Shown here: piece after piece, positions 36,701-50,000 of the stretch
How positions within the stretch are numbered: position 1 is the stretch's first letter
Layout: every line of letters starts with the position of its first letter
Assembly: GCA_002633005.1 (NCBI GenBank)
Contig: NMRA01000457.1
Location: forward strand, 224,145-288,144
Length of the DNA stretch: 64,000 nucleotides
DNA from: Phoronis australis
Taxonomy: Eukaryota > Animalia > Phoronida
Reading direction: 5' to 3'
Program-made: the position numbers and the translations under genes
The notes under the pieces: generated by a model
Seen by the model: only the letters and a program-made list of their open reading frames with translations
Told to the model about the DNA's origin: nothing
The model's database searches: none

Positions 36701-39700
36701 AGACAACTTTGGCTCGATCTGCCAAGTGTCCAGACAACAGTCCAGCAAGTGGGACCAAGGAAGTGGAGCAGGAAGTAAAGCACTTTGTACAGGCCATTCT
36801 AGTAGGTTTAGTGTTAAAGGGCACACAGGTGCAAAGTGGCAGGAGTTCAAAGAAACGATGGTTTGCCATATTCCACTCAACTTTGCGGTCATTTTATTTC
36901 ATTTCATGTGAATTGGTAGTGAAAACAAAAGGGAAATTGGTGTGAGTTTAAGTTTGTAAATAGCATGAAAAGCAGTGACAGATAATTAGTTCTATCTTGG
37001 CTCACACTGCTGGCACTTGAAGTGAGGTAAGTTGATCTACCTCAAAGAGGTGGAGATAAATTGTCACACCTGTGTCAAGTTGTACAAGTTTGACTGTTAT
37101 CCACATGGCCACTTAAACGAGTGCAAGTTGCACCCAGGGCAACTTGTGCTATTTTAACTGCTTGTCTGGCTTCAGCTCTTCCAATAACACCAAAAAATAG
37201 CATTATAATATTACAACCATAATAATAATAATGCGATGCGGCGCGACGTGATGATGATAATAATAATACGGGATGTACTCTGAGAGGCACAGCTTAGGCA
37301 AAATAGACAAAAAACAGGGACAACGAAGAAGGTGGCGACACCATGACAGCAATGGCCATGACACAATGGTGAAGCAGGCTTAACTTAAGTTGGACAATTA
37401 CCTGAAGTCTGCTTTTTCACATATGGGCACTAGAGCCCTGTAGAACTGTGTACAGTCCACACCCTCTCCGTTCACTTTACCGTGGTTGTTGTTCCGCTCA
37501 TGCATGTGACTATCTGGCGAGTCACCAGCAGACGACGGGATGACAACCGGCTCCCTAGGACTGAGTGGCGAGTTATGCAGAGAGGAGTACACCTCTTCGC
37601 ACTTGGTGAGAAACTCTGATGAAAGAAACGAATTGGACCATAATTATTGTGCACAAGACGGATTTTTACCACGTCTATGTCTACCACGATGGTAGCTTTA
37701 CATAGTATGGCAAACATTCCCTAATTTGGGGAAGTCTCTAGAATTTCGGATACAGAAACTCTCGAAAAAACTGAATTTTCTTCACTCCGGAAATTGGGGA
37801 AAGTGCGATTTTGGTGTTCGGCATCTTTCTCAAATTTCGGATTATGTGTTTTCAATCTACAGAAGGGGTTTTTGCTGTCTTTCTCGTGATTCATAAATTT
37901 TAGATGGCCAATATTGCCTGTTTCTAGGATTTGGTACAAGTTTCAAGTTTGCGCAAAATAATTAATTTTTCACTGTCCTACATTGGAGAGTTTGCATAAT
38001 GCAAAATAATTAAAAGACTATTTCTGTTTGAGTTGAAAATTACTATGGATATTCTAAGGAAAAATAAGCAATGCTGTAACAATACATTTTTGTAACAAAA
38101 ACATTCTTCCAACTAATTTGTATCTGTTGCATTAGGTTGTTAGCTCAAGTTAACCGTAGTTTTGGCCACAGTTTATAGTAATGTTGACAAGGTTTTTAAG
38201 ACACTCCTAGAGCAGGGCAATATTTCAGAAGCAGCATTGAATGAAAGTTTAGTTTACATTTTGCTACAAAAATTTTCATGACGATAGCCCAGTGATCAGT
38301 ACAATTTTATACAAGACCCGTTCTACATTTGAGTTAACTTCACTGCTAAACTGGGCCTTTCACGTAAAAGTTTGCAATTCCATAAAACATCAAATTCAAA
38401 ACAACAGGATATTATACAAATATGGACTCAGATCACGAGCATGATATAAGGTCATATGAACCAAGGGAGAGCAATATTGCTCTCACAATGTCCACATGAC
38501 CAGATGCGCCCAACGGATTGGTCTATATTTGCGTAATTACACAGCCAGTGAATATTGTTTTGTTCCTCTGATTTTTTGTCGCTCATTAGGGAGCACAAAT
38601 GAAAAGTGATATTCCATGACGAGGTTGGTCAACATCAGGCCATACAGGAAGTCACTGGAGCATATTAAGTATCAGTGGTCAAATAATACTTACTAAAAAT
38701 CACTTTTGAAAGACCATAAAATCAGAAGATACAAGATATGATACTTATTCAGTGATACAAAAACAACGTCTGTATTAAGGCCTGCAAAACACTTACCATA
38801 GAAGTAAAACTCAGTTTGGAATGCGTAGAGAAAGTCTGAGAAGGATATGAGGCAGTCCATGGCATCATCCATCAATATGATTCTAAAATAACGACAAACC
38901 ACAGAAGAAAATAAATAAATGTTGAAATTCTGGGAGAGAAACCATCAACTGTTCACAGAGTCTGTATTTGCTATAGCAACAAAAAGAAGTTGAGCGAATA
39001 CAAAGACATAGTCGTGGGATTCAACATGGCTTCTCAAGGCAACACTGATCAAAATACAACACCATCTTCATTCCGTCTAGAATGCTTTCCAAATAGTGGT
39101 TGAAAACAGACAGTGTTATATGGAAACTTTCTTTCACAGTAACAGAAATTCCTCTGGTTTTGATATCGACTATATTTGATACTAAAATGTCAAATGTTTA
39201 AAACCTGTATTTGTAGTGTTATTTACTACTACTCCTGTCTCTCTGTGCTAAAATGTTTGGACCGTCTTATCTAAAGTTATGTAGGATCCTGGCGAACTTC
39301 GCAACATCATATCTCAGAAATAGCCGATGGGATTCACAGGAAACCTTCAGAAACTACCCTTTATACACTGTTCCCCACGTTGTTGGGAATTGTTTTTGAA
39401 TTTTTCCACTTTTCCATGAGGGGCCATCTATAAACGAAAATGAAATTATTTGGATAATTTAGAAAATTGCAGCAACATTTTTTTGCGATTTCATCATGAA
39501 TATCTTATCAAGCGAAACTTTAATCATCACCAAATGATCCTTTTAATGGCAGATTGGCAAAAAGTCAAAACTCAAATTACTGGGTTAAAAAATATTATAG
39601 TTTATAATTCACTAAATCAGAACATGGTTCGAATGATTATTAAGTAATAAGAAAAGGTCTAATTTTGAACAAATCTTCTATTAATAAATTCTCAATACGG

Positions 39701-42700
39701 TAAAAGTAGTCAAATACAACCTTGCTGTTTTCTGGATGATTTCAACAGGGAAATTGGAACACAGCAAACAGATGAGCGAGTGGTACTCTTGAGCATTCAA
39801 CAGGTCTGGAATGATTAATAAAACATTATGAAGCATCAGGAAAAACCACGTCATGATATGCGTGCTAACGCCATGTGTTGATACATCTAACAATCGAGAG
39901 ATGTTATGCGACTGATATGAAGCGGGTTAGCTATGGAACGGTTGAACAATCCCATCAAAGTGTGCTTTTTGGCACTTGGCTTTACTCCCAATGCTCTGTA
40001 CACTCTGATGAGGCATGTAACTGATTTTATATTATAGTATAAAAGGTTTGAAATTTATTTGAATTGCTTGAATAACTGGCTTAATATTTTCATTTTCCAT
40101 AGTGTTTACGAAGGGAACATTCTTCTAATCTTCAAATGTTTTTTCATAAGTTTTACCATTGATGGTGAAACGTAACACAAGTGCGCTCTTACCACCCTTT
40201 TTTCCAATATAGCTGAAGCACCTCCAGAAGGACCGTATGAACGACCCGCGATTGTGTGGAGTAGAGTTAACATACTTGAATTCTCTGTACAAAGTGTGAC
40301 TGCCCTCCTTGAGACTGATGAAACTGTAAAGTTCAAAGGTCAATTAGCCTAAGTGACATAAAACTGCACAGTGCAAATGTCAGTCAACGTAAGTGACACA
40401 TAACTGCACAGTACAAATGTCAGTCAACGTAAGGCACATAACTGCACTGTGCAAATTTCAACCAACCCAAGTGACACATAAAGGCACGACATGTCCACAA
40501 AACTATCAACATGGGAGTCAATATGTAACTTGATTATAGCGAAATCTCATAAATCTCAGAGACAAATATTTGCCAAAAGCGACTTTTTCCATTTTCAAAA
40601 GCTTCAAACATTGTTGTGAAGATCAGCTCCACTATTTTTCAAAACTGATGACAACTATCACTGAAGTTTAAAATCACAAAGCATAAACTTGGAGAAACTA
40701 CAGTATACTAAATCAATGAGACCGTACTGCACTCATAGTATATTACATTCCCATGGGTACATGTTTGGCTCACATAACAAAATAGTTTGTAATCACAACT
40801 TCACCAAATTATAGTTTCAAAACAATCAAACCAGCTTATCCGGTGGCTTTCACTTTGACCACAGCAATACCTTGGATTTGAGAAAAAGCCATCAACATCA
40901 ATAACTAATAAATTTGTAGGACTGACCAGAAATATGACCACACCCATTTATTATCAAAATTCTCAAAAACTTACCAATCATTTACACAATGACTGACATT
41001 ACGCAAAAACTGTGCAATATTGATGTCACTTAAATGGAACAATTGACTCCCGGAACAAGTCGTTGTTAGGTTTAATAGCAAGGTGGACCTCATTTGCGCT
41101 GGGGCAACTTGATACACGAATGACAACATGCCCCGCCTTACCAAGAGGGGGTAACTTATTCTAGGGTAACAACCCAGCGCAAGTTGCAGTGTGGACACAA
41201 ACTTGAAGACAAGGCGGAAGTAATTACCACCTGTGAACATGCTCAATTACACTCATAGGGGTGAACCCTTTTGTGTCAAATTTGTGGTAAGGTGTAAGGT
41301 GTGTAGTGGGGATGCTGACGGGAAAAATTGCTCCAAGACAAGTTGCTCCGGGGCAAGCTACGGACATGACTCTTCACACACAGTAACCCAAACCCTAAGG
41401 AACCCTCCCCGGGGGTATTGAGCATGTCCATTAGGAAATTAAAATGCTTAACTGCACCCATTCCTGTGATGTATGACCTCGATAAGAACTTTTCTGAAAC
41501 CCTGTTGTTGTCTGCTCGGTTTTTTCGTGACCCTAGCCAGGTCCCAAGAGCTTGTAAACCTGAAATGACTGGTTATGACTGTTGAGACAATGTCACTTAC
41601 TAATCACTTAAGAACTTGATTGCATTGACTTTGGGGTTTTCATCTTTGTATTCCAACAGTTGAGCCACAGCATCCTCCAGGTACGTTAACACATGATGCT
41701 TTGCTGAAGAAGAAAATTGGATACAATAGTAACGTCGTTCTCACCAACTCACATACACATAATGTTACGAGGCACCAAAAAGTATCCTGTGGCAAATCTG
41801 TGGTGGGTGTTGTAATATGATGGCCTCTTTTGAGCACTCGGTTATGGGCAATTGCTCTCAGGTTGACTGGTTAAGACGCCTGGCTTTGAAGAAAGAGGTA
41901 CTGGGTTCAAATTTAAAATTCGTAACCAAGTTTCTAGTGACTGCCCTCACGAGGATTATTCAGCAAAGTCAACACTCACACAACTCATTCACTGACAGAA
42001 ACTGAAATGTAATCTATTATGGAAACCATCTTGTATAAGACTGGTCTTGAAACCTGTGCCACTTGCTTAAAAGTCATTTAGCCTAAGAATAATTGCCCGA
42101 GTAATTAAGATAGGCCTTTACACACCCACTGCAGTTTCATTACACCATTCGCCATCCATTGGAATATAGAGGTCACGCAAGATGACTGGACCATTCCACT
42201 TGGAACTCAAGTCAACATGAAGTTGCCCCTCAAATTCACCGCAGTTCTATAGGCACAGAACACAATAATTAAGGTCATGCAAGTCTTTGAGAGATATCAC
42301 CAAGCATTACTAGTAAAGCACATGATACCACTGGCTAAGCTAGTCTTAATGTACCCCTTTTTCAACACTTTTTCACATTTCTGAACTACCACATAAATTC
42401 TTTGGAATTTCTGGAAAAGCTTATTCGATGCAAAAAAAAGTTCTCTTTGGCTTTTAAAAGATTACACCTAAGAGAATAAATCACGGGGTTAAAATTTTTC
42501 AAGCAAAGACAATTCACTTGGCTCACACAATTGTGTACCCATGATGGACACCCCACAACTCAACATTTTTGAAAGCACGTCTCCAGAAGTCGTGATTTCC
42601 TGACAAGTAGTAATTTAATCAAATTAATTTACGACTACTCAGTACTATTTAATGGATATTTCGGGATTCAAATTTGTGAGTTTTCAAAAATGGAAACTTT

Positions 42701-44904
42701 CCAGTCATCTGCTTCTTCTGCTCTTCAACTCGTTACTACCAATGTTTGAAAAAATGCTCAAGAATTCCCACACGTGTCATTCAGTGCAACAAGATGACTG
42801 TGCTCAGTGCAAGCAAGCTGTTTGGCTATGAGGAGTGAACGTAATCAATATAATAGTTAAGACCATTAAATACTTGTGTATTCAACAAAAAATTTTAACT
42901 GTGGGGCACACTGTCCATCATGGGTAATGTTGTAAATTGTGAACTTAGGTAGGTTTGTGTTTTGTCATCTTTCATGTCATACGTCCGTGTGCGTCCGTCA
43001 GTTTCCGTAAGTGGACCAGATGTGATGAGTATCAGTGCAAACCTGTGTATTAGTTAACACGGTAGTACACTGCACTGATGCTAGTGAGTGTCTTACGATT
43101 ACATCTACGAAGACAATCACAGGACCTATACTATAGGAAACTGATTGGACATAGACAGTTGGTCATCAACAGAACTAGGCAACACGTAGCCCCTTGGTTG
43201 GCCATTTAGGGGCTACAATACTTCCATTCGCTTTCTGTACGCATTTCGTTACATGTATTTTAAGAGGGGGTAGGCCAAATCCGGCCACCAATTTTGAGTT
43301 TTCACCTCGTCAAAAATACATTCCACACTTAAAATTATCTCTTAAAAAAAGTGCTTACTTTCTTCATTGGTCCTTTCTACTTCTATACATATCTTCGATG
43401 AAGTTTAGTTGTGAGAATTAAGGTGACTTTGGCGAAGAATTCCAACTCCATTTGTTTGGCTACCCTTAACTTTTTCACCACATGCGCGATAACCTTAAGT
43501 AGGTCAACTGAGTCACCTGAGTTAGGCAAAGGCTACCGCCAGACTGAGCAAAGCGCGTGACACTTGTAAAATAGCATGAGAAGGTATCAGTTGAAATTTG
43601 TACGATTTGTGTCCCTTGGACTTTTTATTCATCAACACGCGTGATTTCACGTAACTTCCTCAAAATGGCACCCGGTAAGAGAAACTCGAGCAAACCGCGG
43701 CAGTTTTTCATCGATTTGTTCAGGTTTTGCTGACTAAATTGTATCCAGAGTCATGGTATGTGTTAATAACAACTCCATGTTCCTATATGTATGGTTCATT
43801 TGATTTTATTTGCTGTATTTTGAAATGGGTAACTTTTTGTGGAGATGTATAGTCCGGTTACCTATTGTTGTCAGGCTCCAAAGGTCGTCCGCCATCTTGT
43901 TTCGCGTGCAGCGCAACCACGCGGGACTTAGCGTTCCAATTTGGAGTGCTCGTCTGCACGTTAGGTACTAACTTATCGGAAGAGACACGTATCAAAGTAA
44001 TGAGACAAAAATCGGTGAGTTTACCGATTGTTTTTTAAAACCACTTAAAAATCAGTAGATTTTACTAATACACTTTTTTGTGCGTTTTCAGAAGATGTTT
44101 TCGAATTTAAATTTTCTTCCGACGGGACACAAAACATGATCCAGGGTTTGTTTATGCAATGTATCTGTTTGTCCCAGGCACTAGTAGGATCTAGAAGGCC
44201 AAAGGAAAAATCCGCAGACAAATGCGATACGCTGGGTTCTTAACATTTTTGCCTCACGTTCACCATTAAACTGCATTGAAATGTTGACCAATTGGCTTTT
44301 ATTGGAAACCACAGTGCAGAGCTCAACATCAAAACTTCAAATCGAGTTTATGTCAATAAAAACAGGCTGTTGCAATTTTCATTACTTCGTTGGCCTTTTT
44401 CTGCATGTTTCTCAGTTTTTACAAAAGGGGGCAGCATATGACGAACTTAGGTGTCACAATAAAATGGCTGCCGAAGGCAGTGCACATTTGAAATAACTCG
44501 GCACAAATTAAAGAAAACTTCCGAATCGATGAATGCGGTATATCTGTGAGAGTTAAATCGAATCCTATTCAGATCATAACTTTGAAGTGGAATAATTCGG
44601 TGAGTACAACAGCAAGTCGGTTTTATGCTTAGGCGGACGACCATTGGGTTCCCGAGTATACTATCGCCCCTGGCCTTGTATGCCTGCGGCATCCAGGGCT
44701 ATGTAATTGCCTACAACAGAACCAGTTCCAACCACTGGATAATGAGTCCGTCATTCAGTGAGTATCTGGTTCTCTAAATCAGTACTACCCGATCACCATG
44801 CTCAGTGCCCGGAATGAAATTGCTCAATATGGAATGGGAGCGTCTCTGGCAACACAATTACCTAGGTATCTGTCAGCTGGCAGCGTAAATCTCCCCGCAT
44901 CCAT
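30514..44904 (-). CDS. CSTPP1: Centriolar satellite-associated tubulin polyglutamylase complex regulator 1 (C11orf49 orthologue), spliced, about 360 aa
   Basis: Phase-consistent join (minus strand) of 44904-44862,41703-41601,40323-40193,39805-39721,38882-38797,37615-37402,36056-35947,35374-35320,30769-30514. Peptides HVLTYLEDAVAQLLE, TPHNRGSFIRSFWRCF, ILMDDAMDCLISFSDFLYAFQ and SCPP...FYGFL match human C11orf49 as I recall it. Confidence 0.9.
33617..33815. other. GC-rich self-complementary element in the last CSTPP1 intron (candidate structured RNA or alternative exon)
   Basis: Nested inverted repeats: 33662-33678 with 33779-33795, tctggg/cccaga, ggcagg/cctgcc; minus-strand acceptor at 33814-33815. 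Confidence 0.45.
34668..34732. repeat. 10-bp tandem repeat (cattgtactg)n
   Basis: About 6 copies seen directly. Confidence 0.9.
35320..35374 (-). CDS. CSTPP1: CSTPP1 exon 8
   Basis: KLPMKSKLLDATDEEID; ttccag acceptor, gtaagg donor. Confidence 0.85.
35947..36056 (-). CDS. CSTPP1: CSTPP1 exon 7
   Basis: SCPPLGILREILTSAPSTSFYGFLVAFSKNEDLNTHIG. Confidence 0.9.
37402..37615 (-). CDS. CSTPP1: CSTPP1 exon 6
   Basis: EFLTKCEEVYSSL...EGVDCTQFYRALVPICEKADF. Confidence 0.9.
38797..38882 (-). CDS. CSTPP1: CSTPP1 exon 5
   Basis: IILMDDAMDCLISFSDFLYAFQTEFYFY. Confidence 0.93.
39721..39805 (-). CDS. CSTPP1: CSTPP1 exon 4
   Basis: DLLNAQEYHSLICLLCSNFPVEIIQKTAR. Confidence 0.92.
40193..40323 (-). CDS. 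CSTPP1: CSTPP1 exon 3
   Basis: FISLKEGSHTLYREFKYVNSTPHNRGSFIRSFWRCFSYIGKKG. Confidence 0.92.
40351..40481. repeat. About 40-bp tandem repeat, 3+ copies
   Basis: aagtgacacataactgcacagtgcaaatgtcagtcaacgt units. Confidence 0.85.
41601..41703 (-). CDS. CSTPP1: CSTPP1 exon 2
   Basis: KHHVLTYLEDAVAQLLEYKDENPKVNAIKFLSDY; cttcag acceptor, gtaagt donor. Confidence 0.92.
42538..42924. mobile_element. Tc1/mariner-like MITE
   Basis: TA|CCCATGATGGACA...TGTCCATCATGGG|TA. Confidence 0.7.
43862..43895 (-). CDS. CSTPP1: CSTPP1 candidate alternative first exon
   Basis: aacaagATGGCG in YY1/Kozak context; MADDLWSLTTI then G|gtaacc; phase 1, same as exon 1. Confidence 0.45.
44862..44904 (-). CDS. CSTPP1: CSTPP1 exon 1 (conserved N-terminus; extra in-frame ATG at 44910)
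   Basis: MDAGRFTLPADRYL then G|gtaatt; resembles human MLSPERLALPDYEYL. Confidence 0.82.
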
Positions 44905-45357
44905 TTTCATCACATAAAGCGAATGATTCGGTATTTCATGACTGCGGAATATTACATACGATAAATGCACAAGTAACTAACAATATCAACGACAACTTGT
45001 AAAAATTATTGACACCAGCTTGTCAACAGATGTCTGTTCGTCCCGGAAACTAAAGTTATATTGCGTTCAATATTTACTCTGTGTATATAAAGTATTTGGT
45101 TATAAAAAGCGAATGAAATTAACTACAGCTGTTTTTTGCATGAATTAATGCTTGTAAATTTTTAAACGATATGAATTTCATCTTCATACTACTAAAAAAG
45201 TCACATCTACGGCGAATGAAAATTCGACGCGACGCTAACTTCGGTAATTGAGGTCAAGTTGAAAAGTTGGCAAACTTTTGTTATGCTGGTTATATCTGTG
45301 TCTGTGTTGGCAAAACAATGGCTAAAAGTTGGATGATCAAGTGACTGTTATGAGGAC

Positions 45358-45409
45358 ATGGAATTAATTACATTTTCAGCGGCAATACTACTGACGTTGG
45401 TTTCTGCCG
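45358..45409 (+). CDS. First coding exon (signal peptide) of a secreted or membrane protein gene, divergent from CSTPP1; possibly LRP4
   Basis: MELITFSAAILLTLVSA then G|gtacgt: hydrophobic core, small residues at -3/-1, phase-1 donor. No further exon recognised in the window. Confidence 0.6.
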
Positions 45410-46444
45410 GTACGTAAATGTTTTCAACTTTTGCTTGTAGTTGTTGTTCGTTTTCGGTTCATGTTTACCAGTTTGAGTTTTGGCATGTGGTTTTCAAAGC
45501 CAGGTTTCCGTCAGAACCAGTCAAAAGACACTACACGTACTTGCACCTTGACAGATTCGTCGAACTGCAATTTTCAAAGAATTTTCACTGTTAAACCTTC
45601 ACTGTTTTTGTAAGTCAGATGACACATGCCGATTATATAAAAAAACTACCTGACTATTCACTTCTGATGTCTTCGATCCCAGCCACAACTTCCCGGCACA
45701 CCAGTCAGTCAGAAGGCAGTCCACGGACAACTGACGGTCACTTAACTGACTTGTTCTTTTTTAATGTACACAAATATCAGGTTTTCCAAGGTACTGAAAT
45801 CTGCTGTTTTGTAACTCTACTTACACTCACAAGCAATTCTTTTTATTGTATGTCGTTTGTGATGTGTGTTCCCCTTATTGGTAGGTACATAAACCTTAGA
45901 ATTGCCAATTGGGCTAAGACTGTGGCTCTTAGACTATGTGCAGCTGTCTCAGTCAATGAAACATGCGGGTTCTTGCACCCAAAGTCATGTCTGCGTGCTG
46001 GCGCAATGTGCTGTGGGATATTTAGTTAATAATTACATCACTTGGTGGAGTGATTGTTGCTTAGATGTCTTTTAATACTGTGACGCATTTTGCGAATCAA
46101 GCCATTATTTTCTAAAAGCACACACAATAAATTTATTCCATTGGCCATTACCAGTGATATACTTACAACTACCACACATAACACTTTGTTTTGTGAACTT
46201 CAAGCCAATTTGTGTTCTATGAAATTGTCCCCTTCCGTGTCTGCAAATGCTGATTGATTTTTGAACAGACATTTGTTATTAGGGCCTATGTCTAGCTGGA
46301 GCCAGTTAGAAGTTGTTCCCACACATTTTGAATTTGATACACTAAACACTAAAATATTGGTATTATTTCTGATAAATCTTTAAAAAAAAACCCTGGGAAT
46401 GTTCAGTAATCTTCTATATATTATATATGTAAATGTATGTACGT

Positions 46445-47050
46445 CAGCACTCGATTTGGTGACTTGCAGGTCGCCAGTGCGAACTTAGATTGTGTTTAGC
46501 GATCTGGGAAAATCTGAAGTCGCCACTGGGAGTATCAAAGTCAGACAGTAATTCACCCTGAATTGGTTCCAAAGTTCATGTTGACTAGTCTTCCACACTT
46601 TATATGACAAACAGTTTTCCTAGATTTATTACCTTTGATTGACATTGTTCCGTTTATTTTGTGAAATCTGCATTTGCCATGTAGCAGTCAGCACACATCA
46701 AATGCGCTTAAATTACAACAAGAAGTAAACAGATGGAAGTCAGAAATTTTTTTTGGCAAAAATTGGGCATCATGAGTGAAGTAAACACCACCGTTGTATG
46801 CGATTGTCTGCGTTATATGGTGTGTTCATTGGCCGGTGGAATGGAATTACATTTGCAGGAAGAAATTGAAGAGGCAATGAGAACAGGGCACATTACGGCC
46901 GTACGACCTTTTTTCAGTCGATGATTTTTATGCTGGGTTGGCAACTTGGCATCATGAAGTGTATGCGACCTGGGATTTTTAGTTTTGCCAATCTCATTTT
47001 CTTGCCAGGTCGCTAAATGCGACTTAACGTTAAGCCAAGAGCGAGCACTG
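46445..47050. mobile_element. Degenerate relative of the 60486 element
   Basis: Imperfect TIRs cagcactcg...cgagcactg; same aggtcgc/tgcgac subterminal motifs; TSD not preserved. Confidence 0.55.
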
Positions 47051-50000
47051 TATGATATGCATATATAAACTTGAATTCCTATCATATGGTAACAACAAAA
47101 AAAAGTGCCAAAAATGTCAAATTTTGGCGTAGTGTAAGTGTATAATTGTTGGTGCCCCTCGTATGCATGTAGCAATGTGGGTAAATATCGCAGAATAAGA
47201 GAATGCACTGTGGTATCCCGGGAAGTGGGAATTGGTGCACTGCATTATTATTTGACTGCTGCATTTCTAAGGAAATTTGCTTTTAGGAAGTTCAATTCGT
47301 GTTAGTTCTCGGGGTCTCTTAATTTTTTACGTTAAAAATGAAAAGACAAAAATGTTTGATGAAAAGTTCGTTAAAGTGTTTATAAACCCGCCTTGTGTGG
47401 AAAACTTCAAATGTTTATTTACGTAGACCATTTACTGTTATGAAATTGGTCTGAATTTTTTCTTAATGTCAAAACTTGTGTTATGTCATGGCTTAGAAGA
47501 AACTCACTCCGCGTTAGTATTTGAAATTTGTCTCTACAATTTGACTTATTTCTGGGGTGTCATTTTATTCACAGAGATGGTCTTTAACAGAGACAAACTG
47601 TCAGGCCTACTAGTGGTCTATTCATCAGTTAATTTATTGTGAAATTTTGAATGAAAAACAAGGTTTATTACTGCTTCACGAATTAATCAGCTTCATTTCA
47701 TGGTTTTACTGTTAGGGCAGCGGAAACAAACCTTTGATATTGATTTTTAATGTAAATAAGTTCCGGAATTTCTGGTTGTGCTCTACAGAACGTTCGTTAA
47801 AGTTGTACGAAATTGAAATTAATTTTGTATTTTAAATTGATATTGAAAAGGTAAACTTTAAAGGTTGCATTTAACATTTGTATTCCATATTCCATATGGT
47901 TTAAGCTTTTGATTGATAACTGTTTATTAATATTGTAAGTTTAGATGTATAAGAATGAACTTGTTTATATATCAGTCAAGTTTTTGTTTTCGGTAGCATC
48001 GAATGGGTTTCTTAATTTTTTTCAGAGTCTAACTAAAGAAACACTTATTTGGGGAAATAATTGCTGAATTTTGAATTTTAAAGAGAAAATAATGATTTGT
48101 TTTTGGTTTCCCACCGCGTGATATCATCAGTGGAAGATGTTGATCAGTTGACAGCATATATACAGTATATAGTTGAGATTTTATAAGTTACGAGGACATG
48201 GAGAAAGAGCTCAACAAGTATAGGTATGGAGATAGGGGTGAAGACTCCAGTCAGGCTGTAGGTGAAACGGGTAATGTAGACCTTACCATATTGGCAGACT
48301 TTGCTTGTTTGAGGCTGTATGAACTCAACCCTCTTGAACCGGCGTTTTGGCAAGTGAAGCGGAGTTAGAGCCTACTCATTCTGCGGACAGTCCTGATTTC
48401 AGAGCTGACATTTCTGAGTTGTAATTGTAGATTTGTATTTAATCACGATTTAATTTTCTAACCACTTCTGTGTCGAATAATATGTCTTGAACTGTAAACC
48501 TGTAACCAAAGTTTGTGTCCTGGCTGTCAAAGCCCAGTCAGCGAATATTGATTCCATTTCTTTGAATGCCGAGTGCGTTTGTCAGGAATGGTCATAGCTA
48601 ATTATTGTTTTGCTGACACGATTTTATTTCTAGTAAACAATACTCGTTTTTGTCTTGTCTATGAAAGCTTTGTACCATTTTGATTCGTCAGTTGTTGTCG
48701 TACAGTGCCCAACTGCAGCCTCTGTGCCAGCTGTGGTCGTGACCTAAACTATTTGCCTAGCATCTACATTCCATATTTTACATTTGGGCATTAGCGTAAG
48801 TAAGCATGCATTCCCACAAAATCTTGAACAATAATAGACTGATTAGAATTTACGTATTGCAATCACATTCATTAACTCAATCATAAGTTGATCATTATGA
48901 GGCTGATAATAGGTGCCTACCGACCACATTCCCAGCAATGGCTCAACACTTTACACTCTTTTTGTCTATCAAATGCAAAGTAGGTGTTGGAAAAGCTTCT
49001 CAAATCTCCGTTTTTGCATGATTGGTCAAAATGGGGTGAGCACAACGTGGCCCCTTTACTGATCGTTTGCTTTACCGTGTACTGCCACACCTGTGTCCGA
49101 CGCCATTTCTGGGCGATCTTAGGGTGTTTTGGAAACACAGAAGTTGAAATATTGTGCATCTATTGCTGCATCATCCGCTCATGCAACTTTTCATAATACT
49201 CAACTCGGGCAATTTTAAAATTTTTTCGAGATCGCTCTGGCTCATGGCTGGTATAGCACAACACAATGATGGAGAGCGGACTTCCACTGATGTCATCACA
49301 ATTATATTTTTTAATTTATGCATTCTTAATTACTACTACAAAAATTGAAGAAGAAATATTAAAATGTCGTAACAAAATTGTTGGTAACCAAATTCAACCA
49401 TTTATGACCACGGTGAGAAGGGTTTAAGTGGGTGAATATTTTGTCGTTCAATTTTAAATATGATTCACTAGCTCAAATGCTGCAACAGTATTGTTTTGAA
49501 ATCCATTTTTTCAACAAACTAAAGAAGTAGATTTTTCAAGGTGATTTGAAGCTCACTGAAATGTCATTTGTGCGTCTTTATTTGTTTACAGCGAATGATG
49601 CTAACATGTAGGCATAAAGTGTCATAAACGTCAATCTCAGTTTTATCCAACTTGCCACCTGGAACAGTGCAGTGTTTCTTGGTATTAGCATGTCAGTCTG
49701 TAGTTCCTTATCCATAATTTTTACTTATGTCAAGAATTCCTACAATTTTTGCATTGACCTTTATTACGATTAGAGATTTGCAAGATATCTGCATTGAATT
49801 ATGGGACATCATTTCTCCAGCTGAGTGAAGCCAACCAATGAAATCAGAACATACGCATTCATTTCTAGCCAAAAGACATGGTGAGGAAAATGTCCCTCAA
49901 CTCTCTAACCTTAAAAATGTCCAGTAGTGGACTTTTCATGTTGGCACTCTCTAGTGTAATAAGAGCATGAAAGCAACTTCCACCAAAATCTCGAATCAGA

